From Syntrophales bacterium (GTDB taxonomy: Bacteria; Desulfobacterota; Syntrophia; Syntrophales; UBA2210): a DNA stretch of 64,000 nucleotides. The notes beneath the pieces were generated by a model. That model searched no databases. It saw nothing but the letters and a program-made list of their open reading frames with translations, and was not told where the DNA came from. The stretch is from assembly GCA_963662405.2 (NCBI GenBank), contig CAXXKT010000002.1:320001-384000 (forward strand), given 5' to 3'. Positions 29,576 to 38,820 of this stretch are shown here, one piece after another (positions within the stretch are counted from its first letter, which is position 1; every line of letters begins with the position of its first letter). The translations under genes and the position numbers were made by a program.

Positions 29576-29983
29576 TCAGGAAGGACCCGCACGAGCTTCC
29601 ACTGTTTTGATGAACGGAAGAACATCGCCGCGGGAGATGAGTTCGTTCAGATCGTAACAAGCTTCCTCCAGGAGGTCGCACAGATTCTGCGCCACGGTCC
29701 ACCGCGTGGTGCCGACGTCGTCCCCGGTCAGGGCCGGTTCGAAGTGGAGGCGGAATCCGTCCTTCTCCTGGTAGATGGAGAATCCTACCTCCCGGTTCAT
29801 CTTCAGGTACTCAGCCAGTCTCATCACCGCCGGCCGGTGCATCCAGGGTGATGGATATGGGTTTGTTCTGTTCGTCGGGTTTGTCTTGTTTGTTTTGTTT
29901 GTCCGGGATCCCCTCGTCATGTCTGTCTGTGATCCTTCTTTTTCCTTCTGTGACTGGTACTTTTTGAAGTCGATTGTGGGCAT
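29576..29983 (-). CDS. Hypothetical protein of the phage-like module
   Basis: GGAG RBS before MPTIDF; the longer track ORF runs through the repeat region. Confidence 0.5.
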   Translation of the reverse strand: MPTIDFKKYQSQKEKEGSQTDMTRGSRTNKTNKTNPTNRTNPYPSPWMHRPAVMRLAEYLKMNREVGFSIYQEKDGFRLHFEPALTGDDVGTTRWTVAQNLCDLLEEACYDLNELISRGDVLPFIKTVEARAGPS

Positions 29984-30029
29984 AATTTTCTCCAGAAACC
30001 GGAAAATCCGGGCTGCAGTCGTTAAAACG

Positions 30030-30365
30030 CTTTGATATTGCTTTATTATTCGGGTGGTCCAAGCTGGAATTGGTGAAACGAGTTGATATTGTTTGATTAT
30101 TCGGAAGTGGTCCAAAAGTGGTCCCAAAATGGTCCAACTTAACCTTTTGATTTTATTGCATGGTCCAAGTGGTCCAAGTACTTTTCTATAAAATAGATTT
30201 ATAAAATTGTAAGAAGTGTTCTCAACGCGCGCGCGCGCGTGCGCGCGCATGTGCAATATGTCAAAAAAGCTTGGACCACTTGGACCACTTGGACCGGGCC
30301 TCGAAATCATTACGGTTTTTTTGGGGGTCAGGTTGGACCAGCTTGGACCACCTGGACCACCTTGG
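30030..30365. repeat. Iteron-like putative replication origin
   Basis: About six TGGTCC(A) units facing about six inverted TGGACC(A) units, around an AT-rich patch and a (CG)n run; just downstream of the primase-helicase. Confidence 0.75.
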
Positions 30366-30468
30366 AGCATTTTCGCCGGTATTTTGACATACGGCCGCGT
30401 AAAATACTCAGGGGAGGAGGGGGAAAGGGCCGTTTTATCAAAAAAATGTCTCGATCTGTTACGTTTTC

Positions 30469-31812
30469 TCATGTCTTCACCTTCAGTCCCACGCCGCGTA
30501 TCATGCGCTTCCGTTCCGCTGATTTCCGGGGACGGTAGATCCGGATGTTGTTCACGGCGTTCTCGAGCTCGCGGAAGAAGTTGTTGTTCGATGTCGGCAT
30601 GTACCCGTTCATCCCGCAGTACTGCCGGTACTGGCTATCGATCTCGTCCTTGGCCACTTCCTCTTCACTGCCGGTGACGCACTCGTCCTCGACGAAGGAG
30701 AGGATCGGGCTGTTCGATCTTCGGTATGACATGATAAGGGCGCGGGTCTCCTCGCAGTCGGTGAACCGGCCCTTCTCCATCAGTCTCCTGAGACCGCAGA
30801 GCGCCCAGTAGAAGATCTCCGACAGCTCTTCTTTGAGCTTGTCGAAGAGGTAGGGATCCCGTTCGGGATCCCCATCGAGGAACTGCCGCTTGAATCTGAC
30901 CGGCAGGAATCGTTCGTACAGCGCATCGGAGGTGTCCTTGATGCGGGGCAGGATGTTCCCGGCGAATATCAGCTTGCAGTACGGGGCGAACTCGAAGTTG
31001 TCCCGGTCTCTGAAGGCGTCCAGCTGGTCGTCGGGAAACGTCTTGAGCTTTGTTGTCTGGGTGATTGCATTAAAACCGTGAGACAGGGCGCAGATCGTGT
31101 CGCTTTCGCCCTCGCACAGAATGACCGTGTCATCGGGGTGCAGGGGGCGTGCCGGGAAGAGGCGCGAACGGCCGGTGGAGCGGGCGAAGGAGATGATCTA
31201 GTAGCGCTTCGCCCCCGGGCGGTAGAGCCTGATGTTGACCAGATTCCCGTCAGTGTCCCGTACGAGGACGGCCAGCCGGTCCGGGACCTTGATGGCCACC
31301 AGGGCGCCCTTCTTCGACAGGTAGTGCGTCTGGAGGCGGAGGTCGAGGATCTCCATCCACTTCCGGGACCATCCCCGCTCCTTCTCCATGCGGGCCAGGA
31401 GATTATCCGGAAGGGCCGTGAAGAGCTCCAGGGCGCGCTCCATCTGCTCATTGACTACTGCAGGATCGAGGGGAGGTGTCTCTTTCTCCGATCGATCCCG
31501 GGTGGTGTTCTTTGCTCTTCCTGACAGATCGATCGGGATGTCGTAGGCCTCGCAGAAGGCCCTGAATCCCTCCTTCCGGCCGTAACCCTTCACCTCGAAC
31601 CACAGCCTGATCAGATCGCCGTCGGCGTTGCAGGAAAGGCATTTATAGACGTCTTTCTTGAAGTTGTACGAAAAGGAGGGATTCTTCTCACCGTGGAGGG
31701 GACAGAGGCCGTGCAGTTCGCCCTTTGCCTCGTCGACGCTCGTGACGGTGAACAGCGTCCTTGCAATCTCCGCCCGGCGGGCTTCTCCCAGGTATTTTGC
31801 GGCAAGACCCAC
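30469..31812 (-). pseudogene. P4-type primase-helicase (CHC2 Zn finger, TOPRIM, D5 C-terminus) with in-frame TAG and internal deletion
   Basis: CPLHGEKNPSF..CLSC; TAG at 31198-31200; same frame continues CEGESD.. then jumps to KLIFAGNILPRIKDTSDA; no Walker A. Confidence 0.8.
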
Positions 31813-32255
31813 TATAAAACCCCTTTTCCTTCTCCTGGAACGGCCCGAGTTCCCGCAGTCTTACCTTTACCCTCAGAATCGGGGAAAATCGAAAATTGAC
31901 GCTGAAACTGCCCCCCAACAACCACTTTCAAGGGTTTCCTCGCAAGGGACGCCCCCCTTACTTGTCCCACAAGGGAGGGATTCTTTCCCATACGGTATGA
32001 ATGGACAGAACAGGTAACTGTTTCGCATTCGCGGACAAGATCCCGATTTCCTCCCATACATTGAAGACAGAAGGCCCGAAAGACTTTGACGGAGATTCGC
32101 TTCCCGAGCCGATACGGGAACAAGGAACATGGCCCGGTGTATGCTTGATCACCCTGGCAGTTCCTGACCACCTCTTTGTTAAATTGCTTCATTCCAAGGC
32201 AGTACGTACAATATGCACGGATGGTTTCTTTCGGTGTGAGTTTATCCGCGATCAT
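31812..32255 (-). CDS. Hypothetical protein with two IR..C..C...C....C.L..YR.GK repeats
   Basis: Duplicated Cys motif; ATG overlaps the upstream stop. Confidence 0.65.
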   Translation of the reverse strand: MIADKLTPKETIRAYCTYCLGMKQFNKEVVRNCQGDQAYTGPCSLFPYRLGKRISVKVFRAFCLQCMGGNRDLVRECETVTCSVHSYRMGKNPSLVGQVRGASLARKPLKVVVGGQFQRQFSIFPDSEGKGKTAGTRAVPGEGKGVL

Positions 32256-32458
32256 TAACGCGCCTCTAGGAGACGTTTGATTTCTTCCACGGGCCACAGT
32301 AAACGTCCGTTGGGTAGCTTCAGGGGCTTGATGCCCATATAAGCACCATCGACACAGTAACCGCGGCGCATAGTTTGAGGCTTCACACCCAGACACGGAG
32401 CCGCCGCATCGGTCGTGAGCCCTTGTTTTACTTCAATTTTTTCGTGATTTTCTGTCAT
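32255..32458 (-). CDS. Small DNA-binding protein, putative excisionase/RDF
   Basis: LTT..AA..LGVKPQT.R..KLPNGRLLWP; lies between integrase and primase. Confidence 0.7.
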   Translation of the reverse strand: MTENHEKIEVKQGLTTDAAAPCLGVKPQTMRRGYCVDGAYMGIKPLKLPNGRLLWPVEEIKRLLEAR

Positions 32459-32562
32459 TAGCCTAACCCCCCTTGTTGGTGAATTCCGTTCGATGGATCT
32501 AGGCTACGACACAATTGATTTGAAAGTCGTTTGCCGAGTAAATGCCTTTCCCGGCAAAAAGG

Positions 32563-33408
32563 CTATACTCTTGATTGTTTTATGATTTTGGATATACGGT
32601 CTTTTTTGTCTTTGTGGCGGTAATAAGCCTTTGTGACGACTTCATATGAAGTGTTGAAATGAAGTTTCATTCCAGCCTCAGCAATAATCCTGAAGCATTC
32701 ATAGAGGGGTACATTAAACCGCTGGCTCAAGAAATCAGTAAGATGTGCATACCGCACATCAATGAAAAAGTTTTTGTATGGTGATGGCCCCTTTCGAGTT
32801 GGTTGTTTCGTCTTCCCTTCCATGACAGAGCCAGCATACGCCCGAAACGGGTTTGGAACAGGTTTTCCATTGCCCACATATGCACTTGATATTTCCATGA
32901 TGGCACGATGTGCCGCGGGATCGCCCAACTCTTTGGTGTCCAACAAGAGACACTGACGATAGAAGTGCGGCCGGTGCCGTCCTGTTATCGATATCATTTT
33001 GTCGGTTACGCGGGAGCTTGTCACTATAAAGAATTTCGAAGGATCGGAAAGGACTGTTTCAAGGTCTGAGGAAGTTAGCGCCTCATTGAGTTCAGCTGTT
33101 TCTCCCTTTTCTCTGATGTCTTCCTCAGCGTCGGTCTTGGCGTAATCGTAAATAAACTCCCATTTCCATCGACCATCTTTCGGTAAGTAGCACCTGATCT
33201 CTCGCAAATAGGCGCAAAGATAATCGGTATTTATCGACTCATCATCGTGCAAAGAGTAGCCAGCAAGAATTTTGTGAATGTTCACCTGAATCAGGTGGGG
33301 ATCATCTTGCTGTGCTTCCCAACTCTTCAGAAAGAAAAAATTGCCCTCGCCTTTCAAAGCCATCCGCAAGTATCCGACAGCACATTTCAATGCCTCTTCT
33401 CTGCTCAT
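32563..33408 (-). CDS. Hypothetical protein, translationally coupled to the integrase
   Basis: 281-aa ORF with ATGA overlap. Confidence 0.65.
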   Translation of the reverse strand: MSREEALKCAVGYLRMALKGEGNFFFLKSWEAQQDDPHLIQVNIHKILAGYSLHDDESINTDYLCAYLREIRCYLPKDGRWKWEFIYDYAKTDAEEDIREKGETAELNEALTSSDLETVLSDPSKFFIVTSSRVTDKMISITGRHRPHFYRQCLLLDTKELGDPAAHRAIMEISSAYVGNGKPVPNPFRAYAGSVMEGKTKQPTRKGPSPYKNFFIDVRYAHLTDFLSQRFNVPLYECFRIIAEAGMKLHFNTSYEVVTKAYYRHKDKKDRISKIIKQSRV

Positions 33409-34721
33409 CGGCGCGCTCCCTTCGCCTCTGTGATCGGGATCACCTTCTTTTCTTCATCACCGCTTGTGATTCGTTTCAAGTGTTGTTCCCACTTCACAAG
33501 AGTTGATCGCTTCTCTTTTGTATATGCGTAACGGTCGTAGTGGGCGGCTTGCACTCCTGAAATACCGTGGGAGAGCAACTGGGCACGGATGTCACGACTC
33601 ACCCCAAGCTCTGCCAGCATGGTTTCACAAGTCCGACGTACATCCCGAAGGTCGAAGGCTTCACCGTCCATCGTACCGGCAATTTCGGTCACCCGCGGTC
33701 CCGGTACGCTTATATGCAGCGGGGTTTTCAGGGTACCTGAAGGGAAAAGAAAAGGTGTCTTTGCCTCATCTGATCTCTTTATGAGTTCGTTAACGGTCGA
33801 AGCGGCAACCGGCGCGAGGGGGAGAAGATGTTCCCGCGGTTCCGACCGTTTCCCTTTTGGGTCTGTTAGGCGGAGGGTTTTTGTCTCGGGTGTCCAGTCT
33901 GAGACCTCGGCTCTTAATATCTGCGCCATTCTCTGCCCCCCTGCATACAGGGCAAGTTTCAGGGCAAGGTCGACCGTACTATCTCCCAGGGATTGGATGT
34001 ACTCCTTCAGTTCTTCACGGTTCAAAGTCCGGTTACGAGCCTTCACGGGTATGGTCGGGATAAGGTCAACAGGATTCGTTTCAATGTTGAAGTCGATAAA
34101 GGCTTTCGGGAGGGTTCCATCAAACGGCGCTCGCCTCGCACAGCTGTAAGCCGCGGCCAAACTGCTCCTGAAAATCCCCGCCGTTCTCTCTTTGCCTTTT
34201 TGGGTGATACTTCTGACAAGACCCGCGATATCGTGGGGGGTCACTTGTCGCGCTGGTTTTTCTGAAAGTTCCGGCTCCACTTCCACCAGGTGAACCTTCA
34301 CAACCGACCGGACCCCCGCCGCGGTCCTATTCTTCCCCCGTGCATCAAGGTAGTCGGCGTAAGTATCCAGGAGCGTTTTCAGGGTATACCTCTTGACCGC
34401 TTCCGCCTCCTTTTTGGCTCTTTCTCTGGCCTCTCTCTGCGCCTTTTTTTCGGCTCTGGGATCAATGCCCCTGTCTACCAGACCTTGAAGTCGCCGTGCC
34501 TCTTTTCGTGCATCTTCAATAATCCAATCGGAACATTTCCCGATTGTCAAACGTATGGTTGTACGATCAAGTTTCCCCTCGAACACATAGGATTTGACAC
34601 CGGAGACCGTGACTCTCACCGCAAGCCTTTGAACGTCCGTATCCCAGGTAAACGACTGTTCTTTTCCTTTAGGACATTCCAGGCGTCTGATACGATCATT
34701 TGTGAGCCTGACTCGTTCCAT
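33405..34721 (-). CDS. int: Tyrosine integrase (P4-like, N-terminal arm-binding domain)
   Basis: WD...LAVRV..SG.KS, GQR, DVRRT, LLSH, HYDRY; adjacent to att. Confidence 0.93.
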   Translation of the reverse strand: MERVRLTNDRIRRLECPKGKEQSFTWDTDVQRLAVRVTVSGVKSYVFEGKLDRTTIRLTIGKCSDWIIEDARKEARRLQGLVDRGIDPRAEKKAQREARERAKKEAEAVKRYTLKTLLDTYADYLDARGKNRTAAGVRSVVKVHLVEVEPELSEKPARQVTPHDIAGLVRSITQKGKERTAGIFRSSLAAAYSCARRAPFDGTLPKAFIDFNIETNPVDLIPTIPVKARNRTLNREELKEYIQSLGDSTVDLALKLALYAGGQRMAQILRAEVSDWTPETKTLRLTDPKGKRSEPREHLLPLAPVAASTVNELIKRSDEAKTPFLFPSGTLKTPLHISVPGPRVTEIAGTMDGEAFDLRDVRRTCETMLAELGVSRDIRAQLLSHGISGVQAAHYDRYAYTKEKRSTLVKWEQHLKRITSGDEEKKVIPITEAKGARR

Positions 34722-34923
34722 TTTTTGCCCCTCCCATGTGTTAATCAGTAGGTCATTTTTGACATACTGATTCTATGTCAGTAGATGCTATGTAGCCACC
34801 ATGTAGCCAAATTCTTACAATATGGTTCAACGTAAGTCAATAGGCGAAAATAGATTTGTATTGAATATAGGATGGTTTTAGGTGGCTACACAATATCCTT
34901 CAATCTTGTTCAATATTCCCCAA

Positions 34924-34974
34924 AACTGACTCTTAATCAGTAGGTCGTCGGTTCGAACCCGACAGGGCCCACCA
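34924..34974 (+). repeat. att direct repeat, distal copy (3' part of tRNA-Lys)
   Basis: Identical to 3086-3136. Confidence 0.95.
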
Positions 34975-35496
34975 TGAATTCAAGGGGTTACGATTTTTCG
35001 TAACCCCTTTCTATTCTGGAACCGTATGAATCTTCCGGAAAGTGAAAGAATCAAAATTGACGACTTCGTAAAAAGTTAGACTCCGCAAATGCGTCATCCC
35101 GACCATAGGGAGCCATAGCACCCGTTAGGGTTAAATGTAATATTCTTAAAGTTTTAGAGATTACACTTTTTCTTTTCACTCAAAATGACAAGTTGTTGAT
35201 ATGTGAGGCTTTCAACCAGCAACCGTTTCTTCTTTTCTAACACGATTTTCAGTGCTTGAGATATTCCCCCCTGTCGTATCGAATGGCAGCATCGATAATG
35301 TCATCTTTCGTGAACCCCAATAACAACACCTTAGATAAGGACAAACTTTTATCAACGAATACCTCTTCGGTAAAAAGAGTTAAAGTTTCAATGAGATTTT
35401 GTCGAATATCACATCGAGCACTTTCCGCCATTCATGCATGTTGGTGAAAAAGCTCAATGAATTTGAGATTCATTTTCAAGAAGGAGCGACGCATCT

Positions 35497-36549
35497 ATGG
35501 ATAATGAAAGGTATAAGGCGATTCCCCTCTGTGCCATTATTCCGGGGACCTTACCGGATTTTCAGATCTATATTCGCACGTCTGAAGGAAGATTTATCCT
35601 CTGGACCGTACAAGGAAACAAGGTCAAGGCAGAACAGCTCGGCAGGCTTTCGCGAGGCGGCCACATGGAGGTCTTTATCGATATTGAAGACGAGTTTAAG
35701 TATGATCAGCATCTTGAGGCCAACCTGGGGGATATTCTTGAGAATGAATATGCATCGGATATCGATAAATCTTCGATATTCACGAAAGTTTCAACCAATA
35801 TCGTCAAAAGTTCCGTAGAGGCATCCATGGGAATGGGCACCATGGATGCCGATGCCATCCAACGAACAAGGAGCATGGTCGATAGTGCCATGAGATTCAT
35901 TACCGCCTCAAAATCACTCCACGCCCTGGTAAAACTAACCGGTCATGACTACCAGACATATGAACATGCCACTAAAGTCCTCTGGTTTACCGTGGCATTC
36001 CTCTGGAACTACCCGGACATCTTGGATCAGATCAACCCGGATCGTGAAACTGTTAACGACGAGCAACGAATGGAGATCCTGAAACAATGCGGTGTCGGCG
36101 CCCTCCTGCATGATATCGGCAAGGCACTCATTGCTCCGAGTATACTCAACAAGAATGGGCCTCTCACAGAAGTCGAGTGGGAAATCGTCAAACGCCATCC
36201 TCTCTCGAGTCTGGCGATGCTGGTCGATTCGGATCTCCCTATATTTGTTAAAAAAGGGATCCTTCATCATCACGAAAATTATCACGGGGGAGGATATCCC
36301 ATGGGACTTGAGGGAGAGAGCATCACCATACTGGCACGCGTATTGAGGATCATCGATGTCTTTGAGGCTATGACGTCCCGCCGACCGTACAAGAAGGCTT
36401 TCTCCCCTTTGAAAGCACTTCAGATCATGATGGGAAAACAGGAAAGTGACAAAGACCAGCAGCTTGACGAACGTGACAATGGAATGACACAGTGTTTCGA
36501 CGAAGATTTACTGCGGAAATTTGTCGCCTTTCTCGGCATGGTCAAGTGA
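35497..36549 (+). CDS. HD-GYP domain protein
   Basis: HDYQTYEH, LLHDIGK, HHENYHGGGYP, DVFEAMTSRRPYK. Confidence 0.9.
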   Translation: MDNERYKAIPLCAIIPGTLPDFQIYIRTSEGRFILWTVQGNKVKAEQLGRLSRGGHMEVFIDIEDEFKYDQHLEANLGDILENEYASDIDKSSIFTKVSTNIVKSSVEASMGMGTMDADAIQRTRSMVDSAMRFITASKSLHALVKLTGHDYQTYEHATKVLWFTVAFLWNYPDILDQINPDRETVNDEQRMEILKQCGVGALLHDIGKALIAPSILNKNGPLTEVEWEIVKRHPLSSLAMLVDSDLPIFVKKGILHHHENYHGGGYPMGLEGESITILARVLRIIDVFEAMTSRRPYKKAFSPLKALQIMMGKQESDKDQQLDERDNGMTQCFDEDLLRKFVAFLGMVK

Positions 36550-36609
36550 AGCATTATTGCACCGGTGAATGAATAGTTCTATTTTTAATATCATGCATTC
36601 CGCTCTCTG

Positions 36610-36900
36610 TGTGAAAAAGACAGAGGCACGTAAACTCAATCAAAACGTACCGGATACCCTGCGCAAGAGGATCGTTCGACTTCGGAAGGAGCAGAAGCGA
36701 CCATAACCGGGAGAAGACACGTACACCACTCGGCGGGGTGCATATACGGCATGATGGATCTGTTCGACCAAAGGTCAATCTTACTCGATGGCTATCCATA
36801 AAGCTTTCATGAGGGAAATCGCACCACCCTTGCCTCTGTTCCGCATTTATCCCCGTCCACAGGACGGGGTATTCTGAAGGGTGTTCTATAAACAATACCA
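36610..36900 (+). pseudogene. IS630-like remnant
   Basis: Nucleotide similarity to 22940-23180; heavily degenerate. Confidence 0.45.
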
Positions 36901-37079
36901 AAGTGCGGATCGGTAGATATCACGGCTTGCTCGGGCATGCTTTTCGCGCGGTATCTTTGCAGGCCATTTTGTGCCCCCTCCTCTTACAACCGAAAGCGAC
37001 TTGACAGGAGCATTATTATCCCTTAGAAGCATATTCATCCTGTGTCGAGGGTCCATCTGCGACCGGAGAGGTGCACTTT

Positions 37080-37970
37080 ATGAAACGAGAGCAGACCGGA
37101 AAGATATGCGACGGGCTCTACGCTCCGGGTTACCACTTCATCCCCGCCTTTCTCCTGGCGAGCCCGACCCCTGTACTCTTCGACGCGGGGGTAGCGGCCA
37201 TGGGGCCATACTATCTCAAAGAGCTCGAGACCTATCTGGGAACGGCGGAAGCCTTGAAATATCTTTTCTTGACGCATTCGCACTACGACCACTGCGGGGC
37301 GGCCCCCTTCCTCAAGGAGCGGATACCAAATCTCAGGATCGGGGCGGATGCCCACGCCGCAGAGGTACTCCGGAAACCAAACGCCGTCGCCCTGATCCGC
37401 GCCCTCAACCGGAACTTCGTGAAGGTCTTCGGAGAGGTCTTCGGGGAAAATGAGATTCCTTTCGACCCGGTTGAGGTCGATCCGATCCTGAAGGACGGCG
37501 ATGTGGTGGACTGCGGCGGAGGGTGGACGGTGTGCGTCATCGAGACACCGGGGCACACGAACGACTCGCTCTCCTACTACATTCCAAAGATCAAAGCCCT
37601 GATACCGGGGGAGTCGGTCGGGGTCTTCCACAACGACGCCGTGCACCCGGAGTTTTCGTCGGGGTACAACGACTATGTCGCCTCTCTGGAAAGACTCGCA
37701 GCTCTCGATGTTGAGATCCTCCCCCTGGCACACCGGTATGTCCTGACGGGAGAGGACGCCGTTCGGTATTTGGAGACTTCACTCGCGGCTACGGTCTCCT
37801 TCAAGGAGCGGATTGAGAAATACCTCGACCGGTTCAACGGTGACCGGGAGCGAGTGGTTCAGAGGATCCTTGGAGAGGATTACGACGACACGGTCCTGAT
37901 GCAGCAGGACAAGAAGTCCTTCACACTGAACCTGGAGGCGCAAGTACGGGTCGTCGCCGAGGGGAAGTAA
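37080..37970 (+). CDS. MBL-fold metallo-hydrolase
   Basis: THSHYDHCG, TPGHT. Confidence 0.9.
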   Translation: MKREQTGKICDGLYAPGYHFIPAFLLASPTPVLFDAGVAAMGPYYLKELETYLGTAEALKYLFLTHSHYDHCGAAPFLKERIPNLRIGADAHAAEVLRKPNAVALIRALNRNFVKVFGEVFGENEIPFDPVEVDPILKDGDVVDCGGGWTVCVIETPGHTNDSLSYYIPKIKALIPGESVGVFHNDAVHPEFSSGYNDYVASLERLAALDVEILPLAHRYVLTGEDAVRYLETSLAATVSFKERIEKYLDRFNGDRERVVQRILGEDYDDTVLMQQDKKSFTLNLEAQVRVVAEGK

Positions 37971-38090
37971 TTTTTATCCTTGCCATAAAGGTGATAATCC
38001 CCTATAAGGGTGCTGCCCGGGAAGGACGGACCGGGGATCTGTCAAAAACAGACTCTCAGTACCTGAGTCTCAGTGAAAGGAGATGGTAGA

Positions 38091-38756
38091 GTGAACATTC
38101 TGATCTTTGGACCCAACGGAAGCGGCAAGGGCACGCAGGGCGCGATCGTCCAGAAAAAGTTTAACGTACCTCACATCGAGACGGGTGTGATCTTCAGGGA
38201 TAACATCTCGCAAGGAACGGACCTCGGCAAACAGGCAAAGGCGTACATCGATAGAGGAGATCTGGTCCCGGACGAGATCACCGTCCCCATGATACTCAAC
38301 CGGCTGAAAGGTGAAAAGGACGGCTGGCTCCTGGACGGCTTCCCGCGGAACCTGGCCCAGGCGAAAGCGTTGTATACGGCTTTGGAACAGGAGGGAATCA
38401 AGCTGGACTACGTCATCGAGATCATCCTCGACCGGCAGACATCCAAAAACCGGATCATGGGCCGAAGGCTCTGCGCGAACGACAACAATCATCCGAATAA
38501 CATCTATATCGAAGCCATCAAACCGGCCGAGAAGGACGGCGGTTTTGTCTGCCGCGTCTGCGGCGGTGAGCTGAGTGCCCGCGCCGACGATCAGGACGAG
38601 GCGGCGATCGGCAAGCGGCACGACATCTACTACGACGACAAGACGGGAACCACCGCCGGTATCAACTACTTCAAGGAACGGGTCACGGTGATCGGGGTCG
38701 ATGGCCTTCCCGGTGTCCAGGAAGTCAGCGAGGAACTCCTCAAAAAATTGGGATAG
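38091..38756 (+). CDS. adk: Adenylate kinase
   Basis: GPNGSGKGTQ, GDLVPDE, LDGFPRN, LID domain. Confidence 0.95.
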   Translation: MNILIFGPNGSGKGTQGAIVQKKFNVPHIETGVIFRDNISQGTDLGKQAKAYIDRGDLVPDEITVPMILNRLKGEKDGWLLDGFPRNLAQAKALYTALEQEGIKLDYVIEIILDRQTSKNRIMGRRLCANDNNHPNNIYIEAIKPAEKDGGFVCRVCGGELSARADDQDEAAIGKRHDIYYDDKTGTTAGINYFKERVTVIGVDGLPGVQEVSEELLKKLG

Positions 38757-38820
38757 CAAAAACCCCGAGAAGATTGTATAAAAGCCTTCCTGTTTTTGAC
38801 GGGGAGGCTTTTTGATTACT

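Larger units (their letters stand above)
3137..34974. mobile_element. tRNA-Lys-integrated genomic island with decayed P4/PICI-like core
   Basis: Flanking 51-bp repeat, tyrosine integrase at 33405-34721, primase/ori module, IS-rich and more AT-rich cargo. Confidence 0.9.

Noticed and set aside
30030..30365. CRISPR array
   Set aside because: Repeats are 7-10 bp without unique spacers; no cas genes or 25-45-bp repeat-spacer arrays seen anywhere in the window
29984..30472. N-terminal extension of ORF 29576-30472 with GPSGPS repeats
   Set aside because: The peptide repeats are just translation of the iteron array
31198..31200. In-frame TAG in the primase as pyrrolysine or programmed readthrough
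   Set aside because: The gene also has a large internal deletion; a simple nonsense mutation in a decaying gene is more parsimonious
34924..34974. Second tRNA-Lys gene
   Set aside because: Only the 3' 51 nt are present; the 5' acceptor strand and D-arm are missing, so it is an att repeat
35056..35082. TTGACGACTTCGTAAAAAGT as a MITE/REP-like end
   Set aside because: Single copy with no partner end found in the window
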